Assembly: GCA_017467305.1 (NCBI GenBank)
Contig: JAFTSM010000065.1
Span: 1,353 to 65,352, forward strand
Source of the DNA: Candidatus Gastranaerophilales bacterium
GTDB taxonomy: Bacteria; Cyanobacteriota; Vampirovibrionia; Gastranaerophilales; Gastranaerophilaceae
Direction of reading: 5' to 3'
DNA: 64,000 nucleotides
This document shows positions 1 to 9,324 of this stretch, in pieces. Under the pieces are notes generated by a model that saw only the letters and a list, made by a program, of their open reading frames with translations, was not told the origin of the DNA and did no database searches. The position numbers and the translations under genes were made by a program. The stretch's first letter is position 1, and each line of letters starts with the position of its first letter.

Positions 1-936
1 TGCTGCTCCAATAACTCCAGAAAAATCACCTAATTGTGCTTTCATAAATTGGATATTTACTGCAGGTGTTGGAAGGGCTTTTATTTTTGCGGTTTCTATA
101 GAATGGTTATAGAAATAGTCTATTGCATCCATTAATCCACCACCTAAAATTATTTTTGCTGGGTTATAGAAGTTTATAATAGAAGCTAAACCAGATGCTA
201 AATATTCAGAAGCTTCATTTATTATTTGAGTTACAAGTTCATCTTTGTTTTCTAAGGCTTTTCTAATCATACTTGTCTTTATTGGTTTATCTTCAACTAA
301 GTAGTTCTCTATATCAGATTTTCTACCTTTTTTTAGCGCTCCAATAATCCTCTTTTCAATGGCTAAACGTGAAGCATATGCTTCTAAACAACCACAAGCT
401 CCACATCCGCAAGGACGTCCACCTACATCAACAATAATATGACCTATTTCCCCAGCCGTACCTGTTGAACCATATCTAATCTTCCCATTTTGTACAATTC
501 CAGAACCAATACCTGTTCCTACAAAAATGCAGACAAAGTCTTTTTCATTTTTGCCTGCACCAAAATACATTTCTCCTATTGTTGCTATTTCAACGTCATT
601 ACCAAGATAAATTGGTTTGTTAAATTCTTTTTCTAGGATATTTTTTATATCAATATTTTTAAAATCTAAATTAGGTGCATCAATAATAATTCCTTCTTCT
701 CTATTTACTTGCCCAGCAACACCAAGACCAATTTCGTCAATTTCATCAATTGTTTTGTTTGAACTTACTAAAACCTCTTTTATAGAGTTAATAATTTTAT
801 TAATAATTTTTTCTTCACCTTTGTCTTTTTTTGTTTTCTTTTTTTCAAAAGCAAGCACTTCTCCATTTTCTTTATTTATAAGTGCTGTTAATATTTTTGT
901 TCCGCCTAAATCTATACCAATTGCATATTTGCTCAT
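1..936 (-). CDS. glk: ROK-family glucokinase (3' end runs off the left edge)
   Basis: Absent from the ORF track because it is truncated. Reverse-strand translation from the ATG (936-934) reads MSKYAIGIDLGGTKIL... (ROK N-terminal motif). It also contains GHIIVDVGGRPCGCGACGCLEAYAS (ROK CxCGxxGCxE zinc motif, about 360-440). The frame is open down to nt 1 (312 codons). Confidence 0.8.
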   Translation of the reverse strand, partial: MSKYAIGIDLGGTKILTALINKENGEVLAFEKKKTKKDKGEEKIINKIINSIKEVLVSSNKTIDEIDEIGLGVAGQVNREEGIIIDAPNLDFKNIDIKNILEKEFNKPIYLGNDVEIATIGEMYFGAGKNEKDFVCIFVGTGIGSGIVQNGKIRYGSTGTAGEIGHIIVDVGGRPCGCGACGCLEAYASRLAIEKRIIGALKKGRKSDIENYLVEDKPIKTSMIRKALENKDELVTQIINEASEYLASGLASIINFYNPAKIILGGGLMDAIDYFYNHSIETAKIKALPTPAVNIQFMKAQLGDFSGVIGAA

Positions 937-1012
937 AATTTCTAATAACCTCTTAACTGTTTGAATTATAACATTTATTTCATTTTTTTTAAAATATTTT
1001 CTATTAAGTAGG

Positions 1013-1041
1013 TTTAAAAGTTGCCATGAATAGGGTATAAT
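1013..1041 (+). promoter_or_regulatory. sigma70-type promoter candidate for hpf (TTTAAA-N17-TATAAT)
   Basis: TTTAAA at 1013-1018, a 17-nt spacer, then TATAAT at 1036-1041. GGAGG at 1061-1065 precedes the ATG at 1073. Confidence 0.45.
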
Positions 1042-1072
1042 ATCAAAGTAGACAGTTTATGGAGGCAAATAA

Positions 1073-1438
1073 ATGCGCATAACAGTTAAAGGGCGTAACA
1101 TTGAAATTACTGATGCAATTCGTGCGTATGCAGAAGAAAAAATTGGAAAGGTGGTAAATCATTACGATCAAATTCAGTCAATCGACGTTGTATTAAACGT
1201 GATTAAAAACCCTTCAGTATCACAAAGCCATACTGCAGAAGTTATTTGTAAATTTGTATCAGGGTCTGTTCAAGCAGAAGAAAGCGCAGAGTCTATGTAT
1301 GCAAGTATTGACCTAGTTGCTGATAAAATTACAAGACAGGTTAAAAAATTCAAAGAAAAACAAATTACTTCTTCAAAGACTGCTTCAATTAGAACTGAAG
1401 CTGCTCCAGAAATTGATGAAGAAACAACAGAAGTTTAG
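1073..1438 (+). CDS. hpf: ribosome hibernation promoting factor / RaiA family
   Basis: MRITVKGRNIEITDAIRAYAEEKIGKV..., size and layout are typical of the HPF/YfiA (sigma54-modulation protein) family. Good SD. Confidence 0.85.
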   Translation: MRITVKGRNIEITDAIRAYAEEKIGKVVNHYDQIQSIDVVLNVIKNPSVSQSHTAEVICKFVSGSVQAEESAESMYASIDLVADKITRQVKKFKEKQITSSKTASIRTEAAPEIDEETTEV

Positions 1439-1452
1439 AGTATAGATAGAAA

Positions 1453-1487
1453 GAAAAAAGAACCAGACAACGTCTGGTTCTTTTTTA
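1453..1487. terminator. bidirectional intrinsic terminator between convergent hpf and leuD
   Basis: Stem GAACCAGAC (1460-1468) pairs with GTCTGGTTC (1472-1480). An A-run lies before it and a T-run after it. Confidence 0.75.
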
Positions 1488-1976
1488 CTTATTTAATTTT
1501 TCTTTTGTGTAATTAATTAATCCACCTGCGTTTACTAAATTTTGAATTTCTGATGGGAACTTGTTACAGGTGTATTCTTTTCCTATTGTATTATTTTTTA
1601 CAATTCCAGTTGTTAAATCAAACTCGATGTTGTCGCCTTTGTTACATTCATCTGCTAGAGTTGGGTGTTCTAAAATTGGTAAACCAATATTTATTGCATT
1701 TCTATAAAAAATTCTTGCAAAGCTTTTTGCTATTACTAGTGAAACACCAGAAGCTTTGATTGCAATTGGTGCGTGTTCTCTAGAACTTCCACAACCAAAG
1801 TTTTCTCCAGCAACAATAATGTCATTATTTTTTACTTCTTTAGAAAAAGTCGTATCGATATCTTCCATGCAGTGTAGTGCTAATTCTTCGTGTGAAGCTG
1901 TGTTTAAGTAACGTGCTGGGATAATTACGTCAGTATCGATGTTATCACCGTATTTCCATACATTTGATGTATTCAT
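1485..1976 (-). CDS. leuD: 3-isopropylmalate dehydratase small subunit (LeuD/HacB type)
   Basis: [14 protein letters not shown] ... [21 protein letters not shown] ... [14 protein letters not shown] are aconitase swivel-domain motifs. No adjacent large-subunit gene. Confidence 0.8.
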   Translation of the reverse strand: MNTSNVWKYGDNIDTDVIIPARYLNTASHEELALHCMEDIDTTFSKEVKNNDIIVAGENFGCGSSREHAPIAIKASGVSLVIAKSFARIFYRNAINIGLPILEHPTLADECNKGDNIEFDLTTGIVKNNTIGKEYTCNKFPSEIQNLVNAGGLINYTKEKLNK

Positions 1977-2070
1977 TTTTTTCTTTACTTCCTTTATATT
2001 CTAGTATATACTTAAATTATACATTTACATGGTGGAAATGTTAATAGCAATTACTTAAAAGGAGAGGTAA

Positions 2071-2268
2071 ATGATGGAAACTATCGGATTAACAGCTGGA
2101 CAAATTTGGAACTATTTAAATGAAAACGGTGAAACAACTGTTGCAAAAATGAAAAAAGAATTAGATCTTAAAGGTAACTTTGCTGAATTAGGCCTTGGCT
2201 GGTTAGCAAGAGAAGGTAAAGTTGAAATGTCTAAAAAAGGTACATCTACAAACGTTAGATTAGTATAA
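2071..2268 (+). CDS. small winged-helix protein (DUF2582-like)
   Basis: 65 aa. LTAGQIWNYLNENGETTVAKMKKEL ... LGWLAREGKV resembles small wHTH proteins. Strong SD (AAGGAGAGG). Confidence 0.5.
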   Translation: MMETIGLTAGQIWNYLNENGETTVAKMKKELDLKGNFAELGLGWLAREGKVEMSKKGTSTNVRLV

Positions 2269-2290
2269 TTGAGACTTTATTAAATAAAAA

Positions 2291-2318
2291 CTCCGAATTA
2301 TTTATCGGAGTTTTTTTT
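2291..2318 (+). terminator. intrinsic terminator
   Basis: CTCCGA ... TCGGAG hairpin followed by T8. Confidence 0.65.
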
Positions 2319-2371
2319 ATGCGATAATATGTTTTATCATAAATAAGAAATTCAGAAGGTTTGTAGTAAAG

Positions 2372-3028
2372 ATGAGATTAATAAAAAAAGTATTCTCTCA
2401 AATAAAAGAAGATATTGAAACAATTTATGCAAAAGACCCAGCCGCAGAAAATATTTTAGAGGTTCTCTTTTGTTATCCTGGGTTACATGCCTTAATTATG
2501 CATAGATTTGCTCATAAACTAGATTATTGGAAAATACCTTTAATTCCAAGAATTATTTCAAATATTTCAAGATTTTTTACTGGTATAGAAATTCACCCAA
2601 AAGCAAGAATTGGTCGTCGTTTCTTTATTGACCATGGGATGGGTGTTGTAATCGGTGCTACAACAATTATTGGTGATGATGTTCTTCTATACCAAGGTGT
2701 TACTCTTGGTGGTACAGGTAATGAACACGGTAAACGTCATCCTACTTTAGGTGATAATATTGTTGTTGGTTCTGGAGCAAAGGTTCTTGGTAATATCGAA
2801 ATTGGTTCAAATTCAAGAATTGGTGCTGGTAGTGTTGTTGTTGATTCTGTTCCAGAAAATTCAACTGTTGTAGGTATTCCTGGCAGAATTGTAAGACAAA
2901 AATTATTAATTCAAGGTCAATTAATGCATAACAGAATTCCCGACCCAATTACTTGTCAGTTAAATAGATTAAAGTATGAAATGCAAGATTTAAAAGAACA
3001 ATTTGAAGAAATAAAAAAGTCTGATTAA
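2372..3028 (+). CDS. cysE: serine O-acetyltransferase
   Basis: FCYPGLHALIMHRFAH ... GIEIHPKARIGRRFFIDHGMGVVIGATT ... hexapeptide repeats. This is the classic CysE layout. Confidence 0.85.
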   Translation: MRLIKKVFSQIKEDIETIYAKDPAAENILEVLFCYPGLHALIMHRFAHKLDYWKIPLIPRIISNISRFFTGIEIHPKARIGRRFFIDHGMGVVIGATTIIGDDVLLYQGVTLGGTGNEHGKRHPTLGDNIVVGSGAKVLGNIEIGSNSRIGAGSVVVDSVPENSTVVGIPGRIVRQKLLIQGQLMHNRIPDPITCQLNRLKYEMQDLKEQFEEIKKSD

Positions 3029-3042
3029 TATCAGACTTTTTT
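3019..3042. terminator. bidirectional hairpin overlapping the cysE stop codon
   Basis: GTCTGA (3019-3024), loop TTAATA, TCAGAC (3031-3036), then T6. An A-run precedes it. It lies between convergent cysE and the chromate-transporter gene. Confidence 0.6.
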
Positions 3043-3043
3043 G

Positions 3044-3583
3044 TTAAATGCTTTTTATGATTATTCCACCGATTGCGCCAACAATAATTGCAAGTAATGG
3101 ATTTTTCTTTGTAAACATAAATGGGATAAACATTACTAAAAACAGTATAAGAGCATCATAGTCGATAGTTGATGGTTTTATTGATTGAAATAATAGTTTA
3201 AGTCCAATAGAAGCTAATAGAGCACACGCTGCTGGGCGCAAACCATTAAATATATCTTCTACATATTTATTCTCCTGAAACTTAGTAAATAGTTTTGTAA
3301 TTGCTATTGTCATAAAGAAAGGTACACAAACTAATGCTGATGTTGCAACAATAGAACCTGTTATTCCAGCTGTTGTAAAGCCAGTATATGTTGCCATATT
3401 AATTCCAATAGGACCAGGAGTTATGTTTGATACTGCAATCATATTTGTTAGTTCGTCTATAGTGAACCAACTATATTGTGATTGCAAAAAGTATAAAAAT
3501 GGTAGTGTTGCATAACCTCCACCGAGGGCAAAAGTTCCTATTTTGCAAAATTCATAGAACAATAATAGGTGAAGCTTAAACAT
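3044..3583 (-). CDS. chromate transporter family protein (short-chain CHR, second half-gene)
   Basis: Polytopic. IGTFALGGGYATLPFL and NITPGPIGINMATYTGF are CHR-family motifs. Overlaps the upstream half-gene by 8 nt. Confidence 0.75.
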   Translation of the reverse strand: MFKLHLLLFYEFCKIGTFALGGGYATLPFLYFLQSQYSWFTIDELTNMIAVSNITPGPIGINMATYTGFTTAGITGSIVATSALVCVPFFMTIAITKLFTKFQENKYVEDIFNGLRPAACALLASIGLKLLFQSIKPSTIDYDALILFLVMFIPFMFTKKNPLLAIIVGAIGGIIIKSI

Positions 3584-4142
3584 TTTTTCCTCCTATTATT
3601 TTTTTATATAGTAATGAAATAGCACCAGCTGAAATTATTACAATAGTTGGTGATACTGGTAGAACTAAAAGGCAAATTAGTATTATAAAAAATAGTGTGT
3701 AGCTAAATATTGAATTGACACTTTTTGCCCATAAGTCTTTTATTGTCATTAATACAAGAACAATTACTGCTATTCTAATTCCAAAGAAGGCATTTTTAAT
3801 TATTTCATTATCTGTTATTGTTGTTAGTGCATTTGCAAGTGCAACAATAATAAAAAAGGCAGGTGCAACAACTCCTAATAGAGCCATCAACGCACCACTA
3901 ATACCTCTGGTTTTATATCCAGCACATGTTGCAATATTACAAGCAATAATTCCTGGTATACATTGGCTCATTGCGTAGAAATCAACAAGTTCTTCTTCTT
4001 TTAGCCATTGGCGTTCGTCTACAATATACTTTTTTAGTAAAGGAACAATTACGTAGCCACCCCCAAGTAGTTGAAGTCCAATTACAAAAAATATTTTAAA
4101 GATTTCCCAAAGAGAAGTATTTTTCATACTTTTATTATACAA
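3576..4142 (-). CDS. chromate transporter family protein (short-chain CHR, first half-gene)
   Basis: IGLQLLGGGYVIVPLL ... MSQCIPGIIACNIATCAGY. This is a paired short CHR arrangement. Confidence 0.75.
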   Translation of the reverse strand: MYNKSMKNTSLWEIFKIFFVIGLQLLGGGYVIVPLLKKYIVDERQWLKEEELVDFYAMSQCIPGIIACNIATCAGYKTRGISGALMALLGVVAPAFFIIVALANALTTITDNEIIKNAFFGIRIAVIVLVLMTIKDLWAKSVNSIFSYTLFFIILICLLVLPVSPTIVIISAGAISLLYKKIIGGKNV

Positions 4143-4165
4143 GAAAATGTGTGTCTGAAAAAATA

Positions 4166-4420
4166 TTATTCAAGTAAACTTTTTGTTGATGTTTTGTTTG
4201 ACAATTCTGCAACTTTAGCAATAGTTCTTGGAAAATATTTAACTAAAAATTGTGCTCGTGTATTTAATTCTTTATGATTAATTCCATATGATGTAAGTAG
4301 AGCATTTGTTTCTGCAATAAATTCTTCAAGTCCGTCTGATTCTGTGAGTTCTGCTCGTGGTGAAAAATATTGAATAAATTCTTGTTCGTTAAATGGCATA
4401 TTGATTTTGAATGTATCCAT
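4166..4420 (-). CDS. small acidic hypothetical protein
   Basis: I prefer the ATG at 4420 (MDTFKINMPF...), which is preceded by GGTGAAG. It starts 4 nt after the stop of the 616-aa gene. The track's longer 4450 start overlaps that gene. Confidence 0.4.
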   Translation of the reverse strand: MDTFKINMPFNEQEFIQYFSPRAELTESDGLEEFIAETNALLTSYGINHKELNTRAQFLVKYFPRTIAKVAELSNKTSTKSLLE

Positions 4421-4424
4421 TTCT

Positions 4425-6275
4425 TCACCGTATGTTTGAATTAATATCAACTAAAGAATTATCTGCTTCTACATATTGCCATTTTTTTATATTTTCGCTA
4501 ATTGTTAATAGTGCATCTACTTGTAGTTCTTTAATTGTTTCCCAGATTATTTCTTGTGAAAAAATTGGTAGAATTGTTTTGAAGTCTATAATTTTAGTGT
4601 TTTTGCCATCATTTATTTCTATTTTTTTGTTTTCATCATCGTATTTAACATTGTATTCAACACCATTTATAATATTTGTTGTTGTACCATTTTGATTTAT
4701 TTTGAAACTTCTAGAAATGTTCATTATTGTAGTTTCATCATCTTCTTCAATTTTACAAATTTTATATGAATATTGTGAATATTCTATTTTCCCATTTTCA
4801 TCCTTTTTCTCTGTATACGAACGTTCTATAGAATAATCATTCATTTGAAAATCTTCTGTGTAAGATATACTTCCATCTTTATTTTGTACAACACTTGAAA
4901 GAGGTATTCCTTCTGTTAATACACAATTTTCTATTTCTTCATCAACAGAACCATCATTACCTTCTTTAATATCTTTTATGTCATAGTATTTTGCTTCAAA
5001 GACTCCAGTTAGAAGATTTGAAGCTTTTGATTGAATCACTCCTATAACTTCATGTGTATCAAAATCTTGTATAAACTCTGTAAGTTCTCTTATTTGACCA
5101 TATTTATCATATTTTGCTTTAAATACACCAGTTTTGTTTCTCATTATTGAAGAGGTTGAATTGTCTTTGTAAGTTTCTAATCTACTTTGAGTTTTGTCTC
5201 CATATCCATCAAAAGTTTGTACAAGAGTTATCCTTGTTCCATTTTCAGCTCTAATATTTCTTGTTAAAATGACTTCTTGTACATCATCTGTTTGGAGTTG
5301 TATTACAGATACCTCATATTCCTCTTTGAATAAATCCCTTATTTCTGGATGGATTTCGATTATTTTTTCTAATGCTTCAATTTGAAAATTGTTTAATGCT
5401 GATAAAGAAGCCGCTGTTGAATAACTATAGCCTCGTTCTCTATAGGTCGAGTATTCGTCGTTTTCTCCAGCACCTTCTTCTATCAAGATAATATCGTATA
5501 TTGCATTAGGATTTACTCCAAGTGCTAATAATTCTTTTGCACGTTTATATTCTTCTTCAGACATTTTTGCAAAATCTGTTATATTAATGTCTCCTACATT
5601 TAGTGAAAAAATTTCTGGTAGTCTTTTTTCTGCTTCTTCATCAAGTTCTGAAATTTCTACTATGTAATCTTGATTTATTCCTTGTTCTAGATAATTTTTA
5701 CATTTTTCTTGTCGTTTCGTATTAAGTTTTGAAATATCACAAGCGACATTTATTTCTGTTCCTTTTAAAAATTCTATAGCTGTTTGTCTTTGTTCGTCTG
5801 AGAGCTTTGCAAGATTACCAGCAACAAGTGGTGTATAAAAATATTTTTGCATAAGTCGTTTTGCCGTTTGTAGTTCTTCTTCATTTAATTCTGCAAAAAG
5901 TTTTAGACAATCGTTCTCTAATCCATCTTTTTTATATTGCAGAGCTTTTTTGAAATTATCGTGTTCTAGGCTTGCAATGATAAGGATAAAATTGTCAAAT
6001 AATCCATTTTTTACAAGTTCTTTTGCTTGATTAAATTTATCACCTTCCAATGTTGTTAAATCTTGAATGTGTTCGTAATTTACCCCTCTTTTTAGTAAAT
6101 ATAGGGCTTTTAGGTATTGTTTTTGATTAAGGTTAGCAAGAAAAAATGAATATGGTGGTGTAACCCCCTCTTTTTCAAGTTCTGATTGTCTCTTTTGGAC
6201 AATAATTGTAGGTATTTGTTGTTTTCTTCCAAATGAATTTGTATATTTAAATGTCTTTATGTTCTCGACTCTCAT
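4425..6275 (-). CDS. hypothetical protein with eight tandem ~27-aa helical repeats
   Basis: 616-aa ORF with no signal peptide. The N-terminus is MRVENIKTFKYTNSFGRK. Repeats lie at residues ~50-265. Confidence 0.6.
   Translation of the reverse strand: MRVENIKTFKYTNSFGRKQQIPTIIVQKRQSELEKEGVTPPYSFFLANLNQKQYLKALYLLKRGVNYEHIQDLTTLEGDKFNQAKELVKNGLFDNFILIIASLEHDNFKKALQYKKDGLENDCLKLFAELNEEELQTAKRLMQKYFYTPLVAGNLAKLSDEQRQTAIEFLKGTEINVACDISKLNTKRQEKCKNYLEQGINQDYIVEISELDEEAEKRLPEIFSLNVGDINITDFAKMSEEEYKRAKELLALGVNPNAIYDIILIEEGAGENDEYSTYRERGYSYSTAASLSALNNFQIEALEKIIEIHPEIRDLFKEEYEVSVIQLQTDDVQEVILTRNIRAENGTRITLVQTFDGYGDKTQSRLETYKDNSTSSIMRNKTGVFKAKYDKYGQIRELTEFIQDFDTHEVIGVIQSKASNLLTGVFEAKYYDIKDIKEGNDGSVDEEIENCVLTEGIPLSSVVQNKDGSISYTEDFQMNDYSIERSYTEKKDENGKIEYSQYSYKICKIEEDDETTIMNISRSFKINQNGTTTNIINGVEYNVKYDDENKKIEINDGKNTKIIDFKTILPIFSQEIIWETIKELQVDALLTISENIKKWQYVEADNSLVDINSNIR
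5481..6128 (-). repeat. 8 x ~27-aa protein-level tandem repeat (x-x-x-[FY]-x-x-A-K-x-L-x-x-x-G-[VIL]-N...)
   Basis: Units by eye include NQKQYLKALYLLKRGVNYEHIQDLTTL, EGDKFNQAKELVKNGLFDNFILIIASL, EHDNFKKALQYKKDGLENDCLKLFAEL and ... SEEEYKRAKELLALGVNPNAIYDIILI. Confidence 0.6.
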
Positions 6276-6346
6276 ATCTCTTTTAAAACAAAACTAGTTT
6301 TATTTTGCTAGTTTGCTTAAAATACTTAAAATTTTTTTTTATTTTC

Positions 6347-6373
6347 TAAAGTTTTATAAAAATGTGCCGATAA
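6347..6373 (+). promoter_or_regulatory. sigma28 (FliA/SigD)-type promoter, exact consensus
   Basis: TAAAGTTT (6347-6354), an 11-nt spacer, then GCCGATAA (6366-6373). This equals the enterobacterial consensus TAAAGTTT-N11-GCCGATAA. It lies 20 nt upstream of the ATG at 6394. Confidence 0.7.
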
Positions 6374-6393
6374 ATATAATAAGTACTTATTAT

Positions 6394-8925
6394 ATGGAGA
6401 AAATAGTGGCATTTGACGTTTCAAAAGCATATGACGTTATGAAATCACTAGCACAAAAAGTCAGTGGTAGTGAGGATGTTTCACGTTCTGATGCAAAAAA
6501 AATGTTTAAAAGTGCTGATACTGATGGGGACGGTATTCTTTCTCTTGATGAATTTAAAAGTTTTTATATGTCTACTGATGACTATCAATCTTTAGAAGAA
6601 GATTACCTAGAAGCCTTTGAAGCTATTGCTGGTTTAGATGGCGAAGAAGGTCTTTCTGAAGAAGATATTGAGTCTGTTTCAGAAGAAGTTAAAGCCAATG
6701 AAGTTGATGAAACACAAGCTGCAAATGGTGCTGGCTCTTCCGGAGGTGGAGGTGGTGGCGGAGGCGGCGGAAACGGTGGCGGTTCTGACAAAACCAATAA
6801 TGATACACAAACTGGAGTTAAACCAGTTTCATTAACTGGTAATGAAACGCCTGCTGAATTACGTGAAGGCAGAGATGATGTTTTATCATCTTTACAAGAA
6901 GCAAAAAATGCAAAATCAGAAATAAAAAATAGTGATGCTTATAAAAGTGCAGAAGATTCTTACGAAAATGCTGATGAAACATATAATGAATCTTTAGATG
7001 CTTTAGTTGATATTTATAACCAAAAGAAGGAAGCTGGTGAACAGCTAACAGAGCAAGAAGAAAATTTGGTTGAATTAGAAGAAGAAAAAGATGCAATAAC
7101 AGAAGAAGTTAATGCTCAGAAGGAAACAATTACAAATGTTGAAACTCAAATTTCAACAGCTCAAGAAAATTTGAGTACAGTAACAGCTTCACTTGAAGGA
7201 TTAGAAGAACCTTCAACATCATTGATTGTTCCAATTTATGATGAGGAAGGTAATGTAATTGGAGAAGATACATCAGCATATGATGCTGCGATGGCTGCAT
7301 ATGAAGCTCAAAAAGCAGAATTAGAAGCCCAAAAAGCAGAAATAGAAAGTAATATTACCGATTTAGAAAGCCAGCTTGCTGAAGAAGAAACTAAATTAGA
7401 AACATTAAATGAAAAGGTATTTACTAATGATGCAGCTATTGCAGAGGCTCTTGTTGCGTTAGAAACTGCTGCTCAAAATTCTAAAGAGGTTGATGAGGCA
7501 GAGTTAAAGGCTATTCAAGCATCTAAACAATCTAGTATTGATTATTTGACTGCTTGGCAAAACTTAATGACTGTAGAAACACAACTTTTACAGCAAAATG
7601 CTGCTGATATTAATCAATTAAGGGCAAATTTGAAAACTTATGATGATGCTTTAGATAAATATGATGAAGAACAAAATTCTAATATGCCAGAAGGTATGTC
7701 AACAAAGAATGGCTTTGTTTATGAAGGCGAAGGTGAAGATGCTAAATTGATGTTGCCAGTAAGTGCAACAGAAGAAGGTTATGATTTACCAGAAGGCTAT
7801 AAAATTAATGAATCTGATGGGACTGTTGTAGACGAGAATGGTAATGTTGTTGGAAAGGTTGTAAATACTCAATCTGACGCAAAAGGTAATGATGGTGTTG
7901 CTGATGATGTACAACGTGTATATTTATATGCTGATGCGGTAGCAACATCAAACGATGATACTGATACGACAGATGACCCTACCTATATGATGTCTACAAA
8001 TTCTGAAGATTATAACATTACAAAATCAGAGGCTGAAAAAGCAAAGGCTGAGTTTATTGATGCTTACTCTAGTGATGATGATAGTGTAAAAGCTATTTTA
8101 GATGCTGTTGGCAATGGTGAAATATCAGATTCTGTTGCTAAATATTTATTAGCTGACATCACTAATGGTGATACTGGAAAATTAATGGATTATTTTGGTG
8201 GTGATGATTCTCAATCATTAGATAATGAGTATGTAAAACAACTAAATAATATGTTTTCAAGTATTGAAAATGCTGCCGAGAATTATAAGGCAAATATTTC
8301 CAAATCAAATTCTGGTAGTAACAAACCAGCACCAACCTTAGAAGAGTTTTTAGCCTCCGTTGACGACCCACAAGCTAAAAAATGGTATACGCAGATGTTT
8401 ACTGAACTTGGTTATGACTATGATACATTCTGGGATACTTCTGATATTCCAAGAGATTTTCAATCAGTTTATACAGATGCATTTGCGACTGGTACAATAA
8501 GAAGTGCTGGTTGCGGTATCACAAGTTTATCTATGTTATCAGAATATTTGACAGGTGAATATAAATCGCCTACAGAATTAGCAGGTGGCTATACTGGTGA
8601 TAACCCAGCTACTGCGTTAGAAAGAGGCTTAAATGCCACTGGTGTAGAATGGTCTCGTGCGTTTGGTAGTGATGCGATGTCAGCCTTAGATGCTTCTTTA
8701 GATGCTGGTAAACCTGTAATTATAAATGTTAGAGGAAGCTCTGCATTTACAGAAGGTGGACACTTTATGGTTGTATCAGGAAAAACAGCAGATGGAAAAT
8801 ACATAGTGAATGACCCTAATATTGAAAATTATTTGAACCCAAGTATGGTTGATGGCTTTACTAATGGGTTTAGTAGAGAAGATATTGAGAGGGGCTTAAG
8901 CCACGTAATTGTATTTAATAAATAG
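6394..8925 (+). CDS. large acidic protein: EF-hand, coiled coil, LPEGY repeat, C-terminal C39-like cysteine peptidase domain
   Basis: Canonical EF-hand loop DTDGDGILSLDEF (6517-6555). A Gly-run is followed by a long E/A/Q-rich heptad-like region. The C-terminus reads IRSAGCGITSLSML ... GGHFMVVSGK ... VNDPN (Cys/His/Asp order of the Peptidase_C39_2 type). The track start at 6313 is a TTG with a hydrophobic junk extension, so the ATG at 6394 is preferred. No signal peptide. Confidence 0.7.
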   Translation: MEKIVAFDVSKAYDVMKSLAQKVSGSEDVSRSDAKKMFKSADTDGDGILSLDEFKSFYMSTDDYQSLEEDYLEAFEAIAGLDGEEGLSEEDIESVSEEVKANEVDETQAANGAGSSGGGGGGGGGGNGGGSDKTNNDTQTGVKPVSLTGNETPAELREGRDDVLSSLQEAKNAKSEIKNSDAYKSAEDSYENADETYNESLDALVDIYNQKKEAGEQLTEQEENLVELEEEKDAITEEVNAQKETITNVETQISTAQENLSTVTASLEGLEEPSTSLIVPIYDEEGNVIGEDTSAYDAAMAAYEAQKAELEAQKAEIESNITDLESQLAEEETKLETLNEKVFTNDAAIAEALVALETAAQNSKEVDEAELKAIQASKQSSIDYLTAWQNLMTVETQLLQQNAADINQLRANLKTYDDALDKYDEEQNSNMPEGMSTKNGFVYEGEGEDAKLMLPVSATEEGYDLPEGYKINESDGTVVDENGNVVGKVVNTQSDAKGNDGVADDVQRVYLYADAVATSNDDTDTTDDPTYMMSTNSEDYNITKSEAEKAKAEFIDAYSSDDDSVKAILDAVGNGEISDSVAKYLLADITNGDTGKLMDYFGGDDSQSLDNEYVKQLNNMFSSIENAAENYKANISKSNSGSNKPAPTLEEFLASVDDPQAKKWYTQMFTELGYDYDTFWDTSDIPRDFQSVYTDAFATGTIRSAGCGITSLSMLSEYLTGEYKSPTELAGGYTGDNPATALERGLNATGVEWSRAFGSDAMSALDASLDAGKPVIINVRGSSAFTEGGHFMVVSGKTADGKYIVNDPNIENYLNPSMVDGFTNGFSREDIERGLSHVIVFNK

Positions 8926-9324
8926 TTTTTTATCCTAATTTCTTTTTATTCTTTCTATAAATAAGCAAAAAAAATGTTTGCAGAGTTTGCAAACATCAAA
9001 TAAACACGAGGATATTAAGAGAGAGAGTAAAATAAATTTGTTTTATAATCATTATGCCTAAAATGGTTGATTTTTTTATGTATAGTGTGTCCCTTAACAT
9101 TGCCTCTTTGTGTTTTTTTGTTAAAGAGTTCTTTGTAGTCCTTTCTGATTTATCTCTTACTCTTATATAAAGTTTTTTTATCTTCTAAAATTGCCTTTTA
9201 AAAATAATGTTTGCTTAATTTTTCTTAATATTTTCTTTAAATGCTATTTAATATTAGTTTTTAAGCTATATTCCTATTTATATTACAAAAATGTTACAAA
9301 AATAGAACAAAAGTCTGAAATTAT

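Noticed and set aside
617-964. 115-aa plus-strand ORF in the track
   Set aside because: It is antisense to a clearly recognisable ROK glucokinase (IGIDLGGTK, CGCGACGCLEAY). It encodes a low-complexity hydrophobic peptide, so it is spurious.
1485-1976. Orphan leuD without an adjacent leuC as an anomaly
   Set aside because: Large- and small-subunit genes are sometimes unlinked. This cannot be assessed without the rest of the genome.
6313-6393. Upstream TTG start extensions given by the ORF track. Examples are 6313, 36487, 49985, 20706, 39594, 33927, 63869 and 54646.
   Set aside because: The extensions are hydrophobic or AT-junk peptides without an SD. Internal ATGs with SDs give N-termini that match the paralogs or family expectations. 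The 6313 extension would also overlap the sigma28 promoter.
6742-6783. GC-rich GGn run (Gly10-Asn-Gly3) in the EF-hand protein, and its antisense poly-Pro ORF (6603-6797)
   Set aside because: It is a low-complexity linker inside a supported CDS. The codons are mixed (GGA/GGT/GGC), so it is not a pure slippage tract. The antisense ORF is an artefact.
8974-8996. Hairpin ATGTTTGCA-gagtt-TGCAAACAT after the 843-aa gene as a terminator
   Set aside because: The A-run is on the 5' side and there is no T-run on the 3' side, so the orientation does not fit termination of the plus-strand gene. It is left uncalled.
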